From Alphaproteobacteria bacterium HT1-32 (lineage in GTDB: Bacteria > Pseudomonadota > Alphaproteobacteria > Rhodospirillales > HT1-32): a stretch of DNA of 24,000 bases. Under the pieces are notes generated by a model. That model did no database searches. It worked only from the letters and a program-made list of their open reading frames with translations, and had not been told where the DNA came from. Each line of letters begins with the position of its first letter. Within the stretch, counting starts at the first letter, position 1. The stretch spans positions 492,469 to 516,468 of the forward strand of contig WJPL01000001.1 in NCBI GenBank assembly GCA_009649675.1, in the 5' to 3' direction. Of this stretch, positions 8,235 through 16,714 are shown in pieces. The position numbers and the translations under genes are program-made.

Positions 8235-8753
8235 ATGACAACAACATCAGACGGCGAAGCCTTGTCGGACAACCCGGTTACGGGTACGCTTCATACCGTG
8301 ACAAAAGAATATTTTGATCTGACGCGCTTGATTGAACGGCTGCACCGGCGGCTGCTGGATGTTGTCCGGAATGAACTCATTAATAACGGGATCAATCAGG
8401 TCAACGCCGTGCAGGCCATGCTGCTGGCCAATATTGGTGAGGAGGAAATCGTCATCCGCGATCTCACCAGCCGCGGCTATTACCTCGGCTCGAACGTTTC
8501 CTACAATATCAAGAAGCTGGTTGATCTGGGCTTTCTGACCCAGACACGCGCCCCGCATGACAAGCGTTCCTTCACCATCTGTCTCACCGACAAGGGAAAA
8601 CAGGTCAGCGAACTGATCGGTACCCTGCAAGGCCAGCTGGCTGAACGGTTTGTCGGCGAGATTGTCGATGTGGACGAGGTCAAGGCCGGCACCAAACTGC
8701 TCCGGCGTCTGGAACGCAGCTATACTGATTACATCGATTTCGGCGATCTCTGA
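8235..8753 (+). CDS. MarR-family winged-helix transcriptional regulator
   Basis: 172 aa. The wHTH core is ...NAVQAMLLANIGEEEIVIRDLTSRGYYLGSNVSYNIKKLVDLGFLTQTRAPHDKRSFTICLTDKGKQV..., with the typical D-K/R-R...LT..G wing. ATG is at 8235-8237. Confidence 0.85.
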   Translation: MTTTSDGEALSDNPVTGTLHTVTKEYFDLTRLIERLHRRLLDVVRNELINNGINQVNAVQAMLLANIGEEEIVIRDLTSRGYYLGSNVSYNIKKLVDLGFLTQTRAPHDKRSFTICLTDKGKQVSELIGTLQGQLAERFVGEIVDVDEVKAGTKLLRRLERSYTDYIDFGDL

Positions 8754-8802
8754 ACATCGCACCGCGACGGGCTGTAACCGATTCCGGACTGCACGGCTGA
8801 CG

Positions 8803-8833
8803 GAAAACAACTTCCGCCCGGGATAACCGGGCG
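8803..8833 (-). terminator. Probable intrinsic terminator of the ceramidase-like gene; may also stop the convergent MarR transcript
   Basis: A 7-bp GC stem, cgcccgg (8815-8821) with ccgggcg (8827-8833), loop gataa, directly abuts the stop codon at 8834-8836. On the minus strand it is followed by GAAGTTGTTTTCC. Confidence 0.4.
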
Positions 8834-9817
8834 TCAGGAAGCCGTCCCTTCAAGAATATTCGTTGCCGGGCCGCTGCTCTCCCATCCCTGAACCCGAAAG
8901 GCTCCGGTTGCCGCATTGGCCTCGAACGCAACACGGGTATCCGGGTTAAGAACGGGAGCGACCAGCCAGCCCATCGGCTCTGTCGCAGTATTCAGCTCCG
9001 TCATAGCCGACAGCCGGTCCTCGCTGTTGCGACCCCGGTCACCCGGATGATCGAAGTCAACCCAGTGATTGGCCGCTGTGACCATACCTTCCCGTATCCG
9101 GGCACTGTCAGCCTTGCGTTCGATGACACATCCCTGCCCCGGCTGAAGACCTGCAAGGGTATAGAATACCGGCAGGGCAACCGGTGTCCGGGTGAGCATC
9201 TCTTTTGCCTCATCAAAGCTGGCGCATTCTTCCATCACTTTGCGAAGCAGATGAGCCGGTGGTAGGGCATTCCGCATCCAGACACGCGCCCTGGTTGCCA
9301 TCCAGTCTGCCGGGCGGCCAAATCCTGTTCGCAGCAATGGCGGTTGATTGATGGCAACGGCGAAACGGCCTTTTGCCACCGCCGTCAGAACCCCGGCAAA
9401 TCCGGGCCATGTGATACTGACATAATCCCCCATCCGGCCGGTCATGATAAGCGCGACAAGCGTTCGACCCAGCGAATCCAGCGGCCAGTCCAGCGTCCGC
9501 AACAACCTTATTCCCCCGGCAAGCGGGTCTTCATTCACTGAGGTGGTACAGGCCCATTCAAAACTGAGATTGAGCATGGTCACCCCCGGACGGGCGACCC
9601 GGCGGGCGATTTCCGCAATTTCATATTTGTAGGGGGTATCGCAGCGGGCCAGCCAGCGACGGGAGATCATATCGGCAATCTGAATTCCCGGTCGGGAATA
9701 ATGTCTGGTGGCTGAATACAGAATATCGTCAATCAGCGCCGGGCAGACTTCAACCATATGCGGAGTAGAGCGGCTTCGCAGATCGATCAGGGGAATATCG
9801 GGCAGCGTTTCGCTCAA
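8834..9817 (-). CDS. Acid ceramidase / N-acylethanolamine acid amidase (ASAH1/NAAA)-like Cys N-terminal-nucleophile hydrolase (linear amide C-N hydrolase, CBAH-type fold)
   Basis: 327 aa, TTG start at 9817 with GGAGA 7 nt upstream. From Cys90 the sequence parallels the ASAH1 beta-subunit as I recall it. CTTSVNED...IRLLRTLDW matches CTSIVAED...[30 protein letters not shown] matches [62 protein letters not shown] matches [39 protein letters not shown]. No signal peptide is seen. Confidence 0.8.
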   Translation of the reverse strand: [327 protein letters not shown]

Positions 9818-9997
9818 CTCTTTCTCTCCATCCTCCGTGCAACAGGTTGTCTTTGCCCGGTCATTCGATCCGAACAGCCGAAGACAGGCAATGCATAAAT
9901 CAGCCCGCGAAGGGACTTCTCTGCAGTTCGTGCGTCCGAAGGCTTTGAAATTCCGGTTGCTCTGGTATGTTCCCGCCGACTCATTCAGGAGACGAGC

Positions 9998-11293
9998 ATG
10001 ATCCCCCGTTATTCACGCCCCGAAATGACTGCCATCTGGGAACCCGAGAACAAGTTCCGGATCTGGTTTGAAATTGAAGCCCATGCCTGCGACGCACAGG
10101 CCGAGCTTGGCGTGATCCCGAAAGAGGCAGCGAAAGCGGTCTGGGAGCGGGGTGCCTTTGAAGTTGACCGGATCGACGAGATCGAACGCGAAACCAAGCA
10201 CGATGTCATCGCGTTTCTGACCAACCTGGCTGAGCATGTCGGTGATGAAGCCCGCTTCGTGCATCAGGGCATGACCTCCAGCGATGTGCTGGATACCTGC
10301 CTTTCGGTCCAGCTCACTCAGGCAACGGATATTCTTCTGAAAGATATCGACCGGGTACTGGAAGCGCTGAAAAAGCGTGCCTATGAAACCCGGGACATGG
10401 TTTGCATGGGCCGCAGCCACGGCATTCACGCCGAGCCGGTGACCATGGGGCTGAAGTTCGCCCGTTTCCACGCCGAGTTTGCCCGCAACCGGGACCGGCT
10501 GATCGCCGCCCGCAAGGAAATCGCAACCTGTGCAATTTCCGGCGCGGTTGGCACCTTTGCCAATATCGACCCCGCCGTCGAAGAACATGTCGCGAAGAAG
10601 CTTGGCCTTGAGGTCGAGCCTGTATCGACGCAGGTCATTCCGCGTGATCGCCATGCCATGTATTTTGCAACCCTCGGCGTCATCGCCTCCTCCGTCGAAA
10701 ATCTGGCAACAGAGATACGGCATCTGCAACGCACCGAACTGCGTGAAGCCGAGGAATATTTTGCCCCCGGCCAGAAAGGCTCGTCGGCAATGCCGCACAA
10801 GCGCAACCCGGTGCTGACGGAAAACCTCACCGGTCTTGCCCGGATTGTCCGCAGCGCCGTAACACCCGCCCTTGAGAACGTTGCTCTCTGGCATGAACGC
10901 GATATCTCGCATTCCTCCGTCGAGCGAATGATCGGGCCGGATGCGACGGTCACGCTGGATTTCGCCCTGAACCGGCTGGCAAATGTCGTCGACAAGCTGG
11001 TGATCTATCCGGAGAACCTGCAAAAGGCCATGGATCAGCTCGGTGGCCTGATTTTCTCACAGCGTGTGCTGCTGGCACTCACCCAGTCCGGCATGAGCCG
11101 GGAAGACGCCTACAAGGCCGTTCAGCGCAATGCCATGAAGGTCTGGGCGAACGAGGGCAGTTTCCTCGATCTGCTGAAAGCTGACGAGGCGGTCGCTGCC
11201 CATCTTTCAGATTCCGAACTCGATGCGATTTTCGATCTGACATACCACACGAAAAATGTCGGCGTTATCTTCCGCCGTGTCTTCGGGGAATAA
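9998..11293 (+). CDS. purB: Adenylosuccinate lyase
   Basis: 431 aa, MIPRYSRPEMTAIWEPENKFRIWFEIEAHACDAQAELGVIP..., with the fumarate-lyase signature SSAMPHKRNP. GGAG lies 7 nt upstream of the ATG. Confidence 0.97.
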   Translation: MIPRYSRPEMTAIWEPENKFRIWFEIEAHACDAQAELGVIPKEAAKAVWERGAFEVDRIDEIERETKHDVIAFLTNLAEHVGDEARFVHQGMTSSDVLDTCLSVQLTQATDILLKDIDRVLEALKKRAYETRDMVCMGRSHGIHAEPVTMGLKFARFHAEFARNRDRLIAARKEIATCAISGAVGTFANIDPAVEEHVAKKLGLEVEPVSTQVIPRDRHAMYFATLGVIASSVENLATEIRHLQRTELREAEEYFAPGQKGSSAMPHKRNPVLTENLTGLARIVRSAVTPALENVALWHERDISHSSVERMIGPDATVTLDFALNRLANVVDKLVIYPENLQKAMDQLGGLIFSQRVLLALTQSGMSREDAYKAVQRNAMKVWANEGSFLDLLKADEAVAAHLSDSELDAIFDLTYHTKNVGVIFRRVFGE

Positions 11294-11310
11294 CGGCCGG
11301 CCCTGACGGC

Positions 11311-13473
11311 TTACTTCTTGTCGAAGCCTTCCACACCGTCCCAGTCCCCTTCCGGCGCGTTGTCGACATACCGTCGACAACGCTCAATCATGACCTGTGT
11401 CGGCCCGTCGTCAGGGCGCTCCCTGCCCAGCGTTTCGAACAATTCGCAGGCATCCCTGAACATACCATCCTGATACACATCAAATGCCCCGGAGAACCGC
11501 TCAACAAAGGCAACAGTATCAGGATCAACAACCGGCCCATCCTCCGGAGCCCGGGCACCCATCAGTTCATAGATGGTGAGAGGCTGAGTTGTCCCCTTTG
11601 GTGTCACCCGGTCAACAATCCGGAAGATGAAACGATCTTCGGCGCCATTAACGATGGTATCGCTCACCAGTATGTGGGTGCCGTAATATTTGTTGAGTCC
11701 TTCAAGGCGTGCTGCAAGATTGACCGTATCCCCCAGCGCGGTATAGCCCATCCGGTTGGTTGCCCCCATATTCCCGACAACCGCATCACCGGAATGCAGC
11801 CCGAGACGGGTCACCAGAATCGGCCGCCCTTTTTCCTCATATAACCGGTTCAGCTCTTCAGATGCCTGACGGGTGGCCAGTATTCCGCGACAGGCATTAA
11901 CGATATGTGCCGGGTCTTCCAGCGGCGCGTTCCAGACAGCCATGATGGCATCGCCGATGAATTTATCGATGGTCCCATTGTGTCTGGAAATGGCGTTGGT
12001 CAGTGCCTCGAAATAAACCGATGTATGCTCCAGCAGGAATTCCGGCTCTGCCCCTTCAGACAGATCGGTAAAGCCTGCAATATCGGTAAACATCAGCGTC
12101 ACACGCTGCCGGCTGCCGCCAATCTTCGCGATCTGTCCGCTCGCCAGCAGCTTCATGACGACGTCTTTCGGCACATAGCGGGAGAATGCGTCGATCGTCT
12201 GGCGCATATCTGCCATCGATTTCGACAATTGCGCAATTTCCCTGAAAATCGTTGGCCGGGGTTTGTAGCCGCTGAAATCAAATTTCCGGATCTTGTCCGC
12301 ATCCTCTGCCACCCGGATCATCGGCCGGGTGATCCAGCCCGCCAGCACTGTCACCCCCGGAACGGCAACAAACAGAATCAGGGCTGCCGCAAAAAGCATG
12401 CTGCGGTACATACTTTCGACCATTGGACCGGTAAACTGATCCACCGGTGCAACAACTGAAATAATCCAGTTGGTCGCTGCAGGTCCGCTGACTTCCCGCC
12501 AGGACAGGATCTGGTCGCCTTCAGAAGATTCAAAAACAACGGTGCTGTCCCCGTCCCGTGCCCGGTCAAGTGACAGCCCGGACTTCAGAATCGGATCCTT
12601 CAGGTCCACGATCGTCGGCATCCGCTTTTTCCGGAAAGCCTGGTCAAGAATATCCAGATAATCATTCACCTTGTCCTGAGCGATCAGCACACCGCTGTTG
12701 TCGGTGATCGCCAGGCGGGTTGATTCCCCAAACCGCTGCGTCTGCAGAAATTCGCTGAGTTGGGCAACGCTGATATCCAGGCCAAAAACGCCGCCCGGGA
12801 AAAACGTCATGGCCCGGGAAAAGGTAATCCCCGGACGCTGCAAACTCTGGAAAACATAGGGTTCGGTATTCACGGTGAAGTTTGCGGCCAGGGCGGTAGA
12901 ATACCATGGCCTCACACGTGGATCATAGGTCACGGTCGTCTCAAGCTCGCCCTGCTGCGTCGAGCCATCCTCGAAAACATAGCTCCACTGCTGATAGGAG
13001 CCGAATGTCCCCCGGGAAATAATCCGTCGCGCGTAACGCACTCCCTCCGGAAATCCCAGAGTCGTGCGCGCTTCCAGTGGCTGTGCTCCGACATTGATGA
13101 CCTGAATGAAGGCACCGGTCTTGTCGGCGATATAGGCACTGTACGCCGTTTCGTGGCGTTGCAGCGTGCCGGTCAGATATCGCAGGGTCAGTTCAGGCCT
13201 GTCGAGCGATATGGCTTCTGCCGGCAGGCCCGCCGTGATGTCTGCTATCAGACGGGCCTCGTCAAAAAAGCGTTCCAGCCGCTGGGCCGTTTCACCGGAA
13301 ATAGACGACATCCACTTGTCAGCGGAGTCTATAATGATGCGCCGGTCCTCGAAATAATTCGCACCGACAAGTACCGCACTGCACCCGACCACGACCGCAA
13401 GAACTGTCGTCAGGATCGTAATGCGCAATGGTGCCTTGTATTTTCCAAGCATACTCACCCAATCAGACAGCAT
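11311..13473 (-). CDS. Membrane-bound class III adenylate/guanylate cyclase with a periplasmic dCache-type sensor and a HAMP domain
   Basis: Layout is TM1 (LRITILTTVLAVVVGCSAVLVGA), then a ~300-aa periplasmic domain with the Cache hallmark YDPRVRPWY, then TM2, HAMP and the cyclase core (RVTLMFTDIAGFTDLSE...GDAIMAVWNAP...GLHSGDAVVGNMG). The start is ambiguous: TTG 13488 (track), ATG 13473 or ATG 13449. Confidence 0.9.
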   Translation of the reverse strand: MLSDWVSMLGKYKAPLRITILTTVLAVVVGCSAVLVGANYFEDRRIIIDSADKWMSSISGETAQRLERFFDEARLIADITAGLPAEAISLDRPELTLRYLTGTLQRHETAYSAYIADKTGAFIQVINVGAQPLEARTTLGFPEGVRYARRIISRGTFGSYQQWSYVFEDGSTQQGELETTVTYDPRVRPWYSTALAANFTVNTEPYVFQSLQRPGITFSRAMTFFPGGVFGLDISVAQLSEFLQTQRFGESTRLAITDNSGVLIAQDKVNDYLDILDQAFRKKRMPTIVDLKDPILKSGLSLDRARDGDSTVVFESSEGDQILSWREVSGPAATNWIISVVAPVDQFTGPMVESMYRSMLFAAALILFVAVPGVTVLAGWITRPMIRVAEDADKIRKFDFSGYKPRPTIFREIAQLSKSMADMRQTIDAFSRYVPKDVVMKLLASGQIAKIGGSRQRVTLMFTDIAGFTDLSEGAEPEFLLEHTSVYFEALTNAISRHNGTIDKFIGDAIMAVWNAPLEDPAHIVNACRGILATRQASEELNRLYEEKGRPILVTRLGLHSGDAVVGNMGATNRMGYTALGDTVNLAARLEGLNKYYGTHILVSDTIVNGAEDRFIFRIVDRVTPKGTTQPLTIYELMGARAPEDGPVVDPDTVAFVERFSGAFDVYQDGMFRDACELFETLGRERPDDGPTQVMIERCRRYVDNAPEGDWDGVEGFDKK

Positions 13474-13560
13474 TCCCTTGGAATACAATCTAGAGGAGCA
13501 TGTCCTTCACCCCAAGCGAATATCAGGCGAAAATATTTGCTTGACGATGAGTCCGGCGCG

Positions 13561-13875
13561 TCAGCCCTGCGTTACCTGCAGATGCGCTTCGGCATAAAGG
13601 TCATCCATTTTGCGACGCAGGGCTTCCCGTGTCATCGCAACCTTGGCAGTTTCAAAGTCACCCAGCACCTTGCGCAGAACATCGTCATCACCCGGCTCAT
13701 CAAAGTCCGAGGCCATCACTTCCTTGATGTAGGCATCTGCATCAGCCTTGCCGAGAAGTTCCGCAGCCCAGGCACCAAGCATCCGGTTCCGGCGGGATTC
13801 TACCTTGAAACGGGTTTCTTCGTCATTTTTGTATTTGGCTTCGAAGCCCTTTTCCCGATCCTTGAACGACGACAT
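13561..13875 (-). CDS. DUF1476 family protein, homologue of the alphaproteobacterial F1Fo-ATPase inhibitor zeta subunit
   Basis: The true start is Met34 of the track ORF (ATG at 13875, GGAGAA 7 nt upstream). The 104-aa product MSSFKDREKGFEAKYKNDEETRFKVESRRNRMLGAWAAELLGK...SDFDEPGDDDVLRKV... closely parallels the Paracoccus denitrificans zeta subunit as I recall it (…DRERAHEAKFAHDAELNFKAEARRNRLLGEWAA…SDFDEPGDEDVFRKL…). Confidence 0.85.
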   Translation of the reverse strand: MSSFKDREKGFEAKYKNDEETRFKVESRRNRMLGAWAAELLGKADADAYIKEVMASDFDEPGDDDVLRKVLGDFETAKVAMTREALRRKMDDLYAEAHLQVTQG

Positions 13876-14019
13876 GCCTTGGTTCTCCTGCCACTGGTTA
13901 CGTTGGCCGCAAGATAAGTCGGCCAGACGGTGTTTCAATGACATTATTGCGCAAACCGCAGATAAAATCATCAAGCTGCCGATTGCGGTTTACCGGAACA
14001 GCCTTATCTTGGTCCGGAA

Positions 14020-14775
14020 ATGTGCTCCGTCATCATCCTCCGACGGCCAGACCATGACTGGCCCGTCATCATTGCCGCAAACCGTGACGAAATGGCTGAC
14101 CGCCCCTGGCGGGTGCCTGACCGGCACTGGGGTGACCGGCCCGATGTTGTCGCCGGCATGGATGAACTTTCCGGTGGTTCCTGGCTCGGCATCAACGACA
14201 ATGGCGTCATTGCCGGTGTCCTCAACCGACCGCATTCACTCGGCCCGCAGGCTGGCAAACGTACCCGTGGCGAGCTCGTGCTTGAGATGCTCGACCATGC
14301 CGATGCCTCCGAAGCCGCTGCTGCCATTGCTGATCTTGACGGGTCAAGTTACCGCGGATTCAACCTTTTCATCGCCGATAACCGCGATGCCTTCTGGGTC
14401 CGCTCAACAGGTGAAGGTATTGTCGACGTGGCACCGATACCGGATGGCGTATCAATGCTGACCGCCCATGACCTGAACGATGTTGCCGCTCCGCGGACCG
14501 CGCGGCATTTACCCCGGTTCCGTGCAGCCCCGGCTCCTGAACCGGATCAGACAGACAGCTGGTTTGCCTGGACAGCCTTGCTGGCATCCCGGGACAGCGA
14601 TCCGGATGCAGGGCCGGGCAGTGCCATGCTGGTTGGCAGCGAGACCGGCTTCGGTACAGTTTCCAGCAGCCTGATGGCGCTGCCGGCAATCGGACGGGCT
14701 GGAATAAAGCCGCAATGGCTGTTCAACAGTGCCCCGAGGGACAAGGCAAAATTCGCCGCAATTCCGCTGGATTGA
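14020..14775 (+). CDS. NRDE-family protein (DUF833; TANGO2 homologue)
   Basis: 251 aa, starting MCSVIILRRPDHDWPVIIAANRDEMADRPW... It has the N-terminal Met-Cys and the eponymous NRDE motif, followed by GGSWLGINDNGVIAGVLN. Confidence 0.85.
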   Translation: MCSVIILRRPDHDWPVIIAANRDEMADRPWRVPDRHWGDRPDVVAGMDELSGGSWLGINDNGVIAGVLNRPHSLGPQAGKRTRGELVLEMLDHADASEAAAAIADLDGSSYRGFNLFIADNRDAFWVRSTGEGIVDVAPIPDGVSMLTAHDLNDVAAPRTARHLPRFRAAPAPEPDQTDSWFAWTALLASRDSDPDAGPGSAMLVGSETGFGTVSSSLMALPAIGRAGIKPQWLFNSAPRDKAKFAAIPLD

Positions 14776-14892
14776 TTCTGCCGACCGCCGTTGTTATGAC
14801 CCCTTTTTGTTGATATAGCAGAGTTCAGGGTTGCCCGACACCGGGCGGCCTCAACCGGGGCAGTCAACAGGCCCACAGAACGGATTCCAGAC

Positions 14893-15657
14893 ATGGCCCG
14901 ACGCAGGCAGATTTATGAGGGCAGGGCAAAAGTGCTCTTTGAAGGCCCGGAGCCGGGTACGCTGGTGCAATATTTCAAGGACGATGCCTACAGTGCGCAT
15001 GGTGCTGAAAAGGGCGTCATCACCGGCAAGGGCGTTCTCAACAACCGCATCTCCGAATATCTTATGACACGGCTGTCTGAAATCGGCGTGCCGACACATT
15101 TCGTGCGCCGGCTGAACATGCGCGAGCAACTGGTTCGCGAAGTCGAGATCGTCCAGGTAAAGGTCGCCGTGCGCAACATCGCCGCCGGCTCCTTTGCGGA
15201 ACGGTTCGGCATGGCGGAGGGCGCGCCCCTGCCGCGTTCGATTGTCGAATTCCGCTACATGTCGGAAGAACTCGGCTACCCGATTGTCTCCGAAGAACAT
15301 ATCACGGCATTCGGCTGGGCAGTCCCCCAGGAACTCGACGATATTCTTGCCATGAGCCTGCGCATCAACGACTTCCTGATGGGGTTGTTTCTTGGTGTCG
15401 GCATCCGGCTGGTCGATTTCAAACTGGAATTCGGACGGCTGTGGACCGGTGATGACCTGCGCATCGTACTGGCAGATGAAATCAGCCCTGACAGTTGCCG
15501 GTTATGGGATATCAAGACCAATGAACGAATGGACAAGGACCGGTTCCGTCAGGATCTGGGCCGGGTGGAGGAGGCCTATCAGGAGGTCGCCCGACGCCTT
15601 GGCATCCTTCCAGAAAGCGGACCGGGCGATATGAAGGGCCCGGCCCTGATGCAGTAA
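14893..15657 (+). CDS. purC: Phosphoribosylaminoimidazole-succinocarboxamide (SAICAR) synthase
   Basis: 254 aa, [32 protein letters not shown]...[14 protein letters not shown]..., typical of alphaproteobacterial PurC. It is the first gene of the purC-purS-purQ-purL cluster. Confidence 0.97.
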   Translation: MARRRQIYEGRAKVLFEGPEPGTLVQYFKDDAYSAHGAEKGVITGKGVLNNRISEYLMTRLSEIGVPTHFVRRLNMREQLVREVEIVQVKVAVRNIAAGSFAERFGMAEGAPLPRSIVEFRYMSEELGYPIVSEEHITAFGWAVPQELDDILAMSLRINDFLMGLFLGVGIRLVDFKLEFGRLWTGDDLRIVLADEISPDSCRLWDIKTNERMDKDRFRQDLGRVEEAYQEVARRLGILPESGPGDMKGPALMQ

Positions 15658-15684
15658 AACTCCAGAGACGGAAACCAGACCAAG

Positions 15685-15927
15685 ATGAAAGCACGCGTGC
15701 ATATCACCCTGAAAGACGGGGTTCTCGATCCACAGGGCAAGGCTGTCATGGGCGCACTCGGCGCGCTCGGATTTGACGGTGTCAAAGACCTGCGCCAGGG
15801 CAAGTTCATTGAAATCGAACTCGACGGCAACGACCGGGCTGCGGCCGAAAAGCAGGTCGCAGAAATGTGCGCCAAGCTGCTGGCCAATACGGTCATCGAA
15901 AACTACGAAATTGATATCGTAACCTGA
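15685..15927 (+). CDS. purS: Phosphoribosylformylglycinamidine synthase subunit PurS
   Basis: 80 aa, MKARVHITLKDGVLDPQGKAVMGALGALGFDGVKDLRQGKFIEIELDG..., located between purC and purQ. Confidence 0.95.
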   Translation: MKARVHITLKDGVLDPQGKAVMGALGALGFDGVKDLRQGKFIEIELDGNDRAAAEKQVAEMCAKLLANTVIENYEIDIVT

Positions 15928-15989
15928 GCACTGGCTCCGGATCCCGGATTTTGCCGGACACTTGCCCTGAACATATCGGAAAGTAACTG

Positions 15990-16676
15990 ATGAAAGCAGC
16001 TGTGATCGTATTCCCCGGTTCGAACTGTGACCGGGACGCCGCGGTGGCACTGGAACAGGCGACAGGTCAGAAACCGCTGATGCTGTGGCACAAGGATACC
16101 AGCCTGCCAGCCGTTGACCTGCTGATTGTCCCCGGCGGTTTTTCCTACGGTGATTACCTGCGCTGCGGGGCCATCGCTGCGAAATCCCCGATCATGACGG
16201 AAGTGCGCAAGGCTGCAAATGCCGGCACACCGGTGCTTGGTATCTGCAACGGCTTTCAGGTCCTGACCGAAAGCGGCCTGCTGCCCGGCGTGCTGATGCG
16301 CAATCGTGGCCTGAAATATATCTGCCGCGATGTTGCCCTGCGGGTTGAGCGTAATGACCGTATCTTCACCAAGGGTTACACGGAAGGTCAGGTCATCACG
16401 GTGCCGATCGCTCATATGGAAGGCAATTATCAGGCTGATCCGGACGTACTGAAGCGGCTGGAAGATGAAGGCCAGGTCGCTTTCCGTTACTGCGCGCCCG
16501 ACGGTGCCGCAAATGACGATGCCAACCCGAACGGGGCCGCGAACAACATTGCCGGTATCTTCAATGACCGGGGCAATGTGCTTGGCATGATGCCCCATCC
16601 GGAACGGCTGGCCGACCCGGAACTCGGCGGTATGGACGGCGCAGCCATGTTTGCCGCCCTCGCCGGACGGCTTTAA
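15990..16676 (+). CDS. purQ: Phosphoribosylformylglycinamidine synthase I (glutaminase subunit)
   Basis: 228 aa, [16 protein letters not shown]...GICNGFQVL...MMPHPER, which carries the class I glutamine amidotransferase Cys/His motifs. Confidence 0.97.
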   Translation: MKAAVIVFPGSNCDRDAAVALEQATGQKPLMLWHKDTSLPAVDLLIVPGGFSYGDYLRCGAIAAKSPIMTEVRKAANAGTPVLGICNGFQVLTESGLLPGVLMRNRGLKYICRDVALRVERNDRIFTKGYTEGQVITVPIAHMEGNYQADPDVLKRLEDEGQVAFRYCAPDGAANDDANPNGAANNIAGIFNDRGNVLGMMPHPERLADPELGGMDGAAMFAALAGRL

Positions 16677-16714
16677 CCCTTTTCTGCTCACCCTGAACGA
16701 TCAGTCGGAAAACA

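Noticed and set aside
7985-8272. A 95-aa minus-strand ORF covering the structured intergenic element and overlapping the MarR-family gene's start
   Set aside because: The sequence is not protein-like (Gly/Ser/Arg/Pro-rich). It has no SD, overlaps a real gene start and begins inside the AT tract. The RNA-structure explanation fits better.
9818-9997. Search for ZTP (pfl) or other purine-responsive riboswitches upstream of purB, and upstream of purC (14776-14892)
   Set aside because: No CCGCCUGGGC-type 3' sub-domain or GGGUCGUGACUGGCG-like 5' sub-domain is present. Only short generic GC hairpins were found.
13876-13974. A 33-codon N-terminal extension of the zeta-like ORF
   Set aside because: Homologues are about 104 aa and start at MSSF/MTTF. 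The internal ATG at 13875 has a GGAGAA Shine-Dalgarno sequence.
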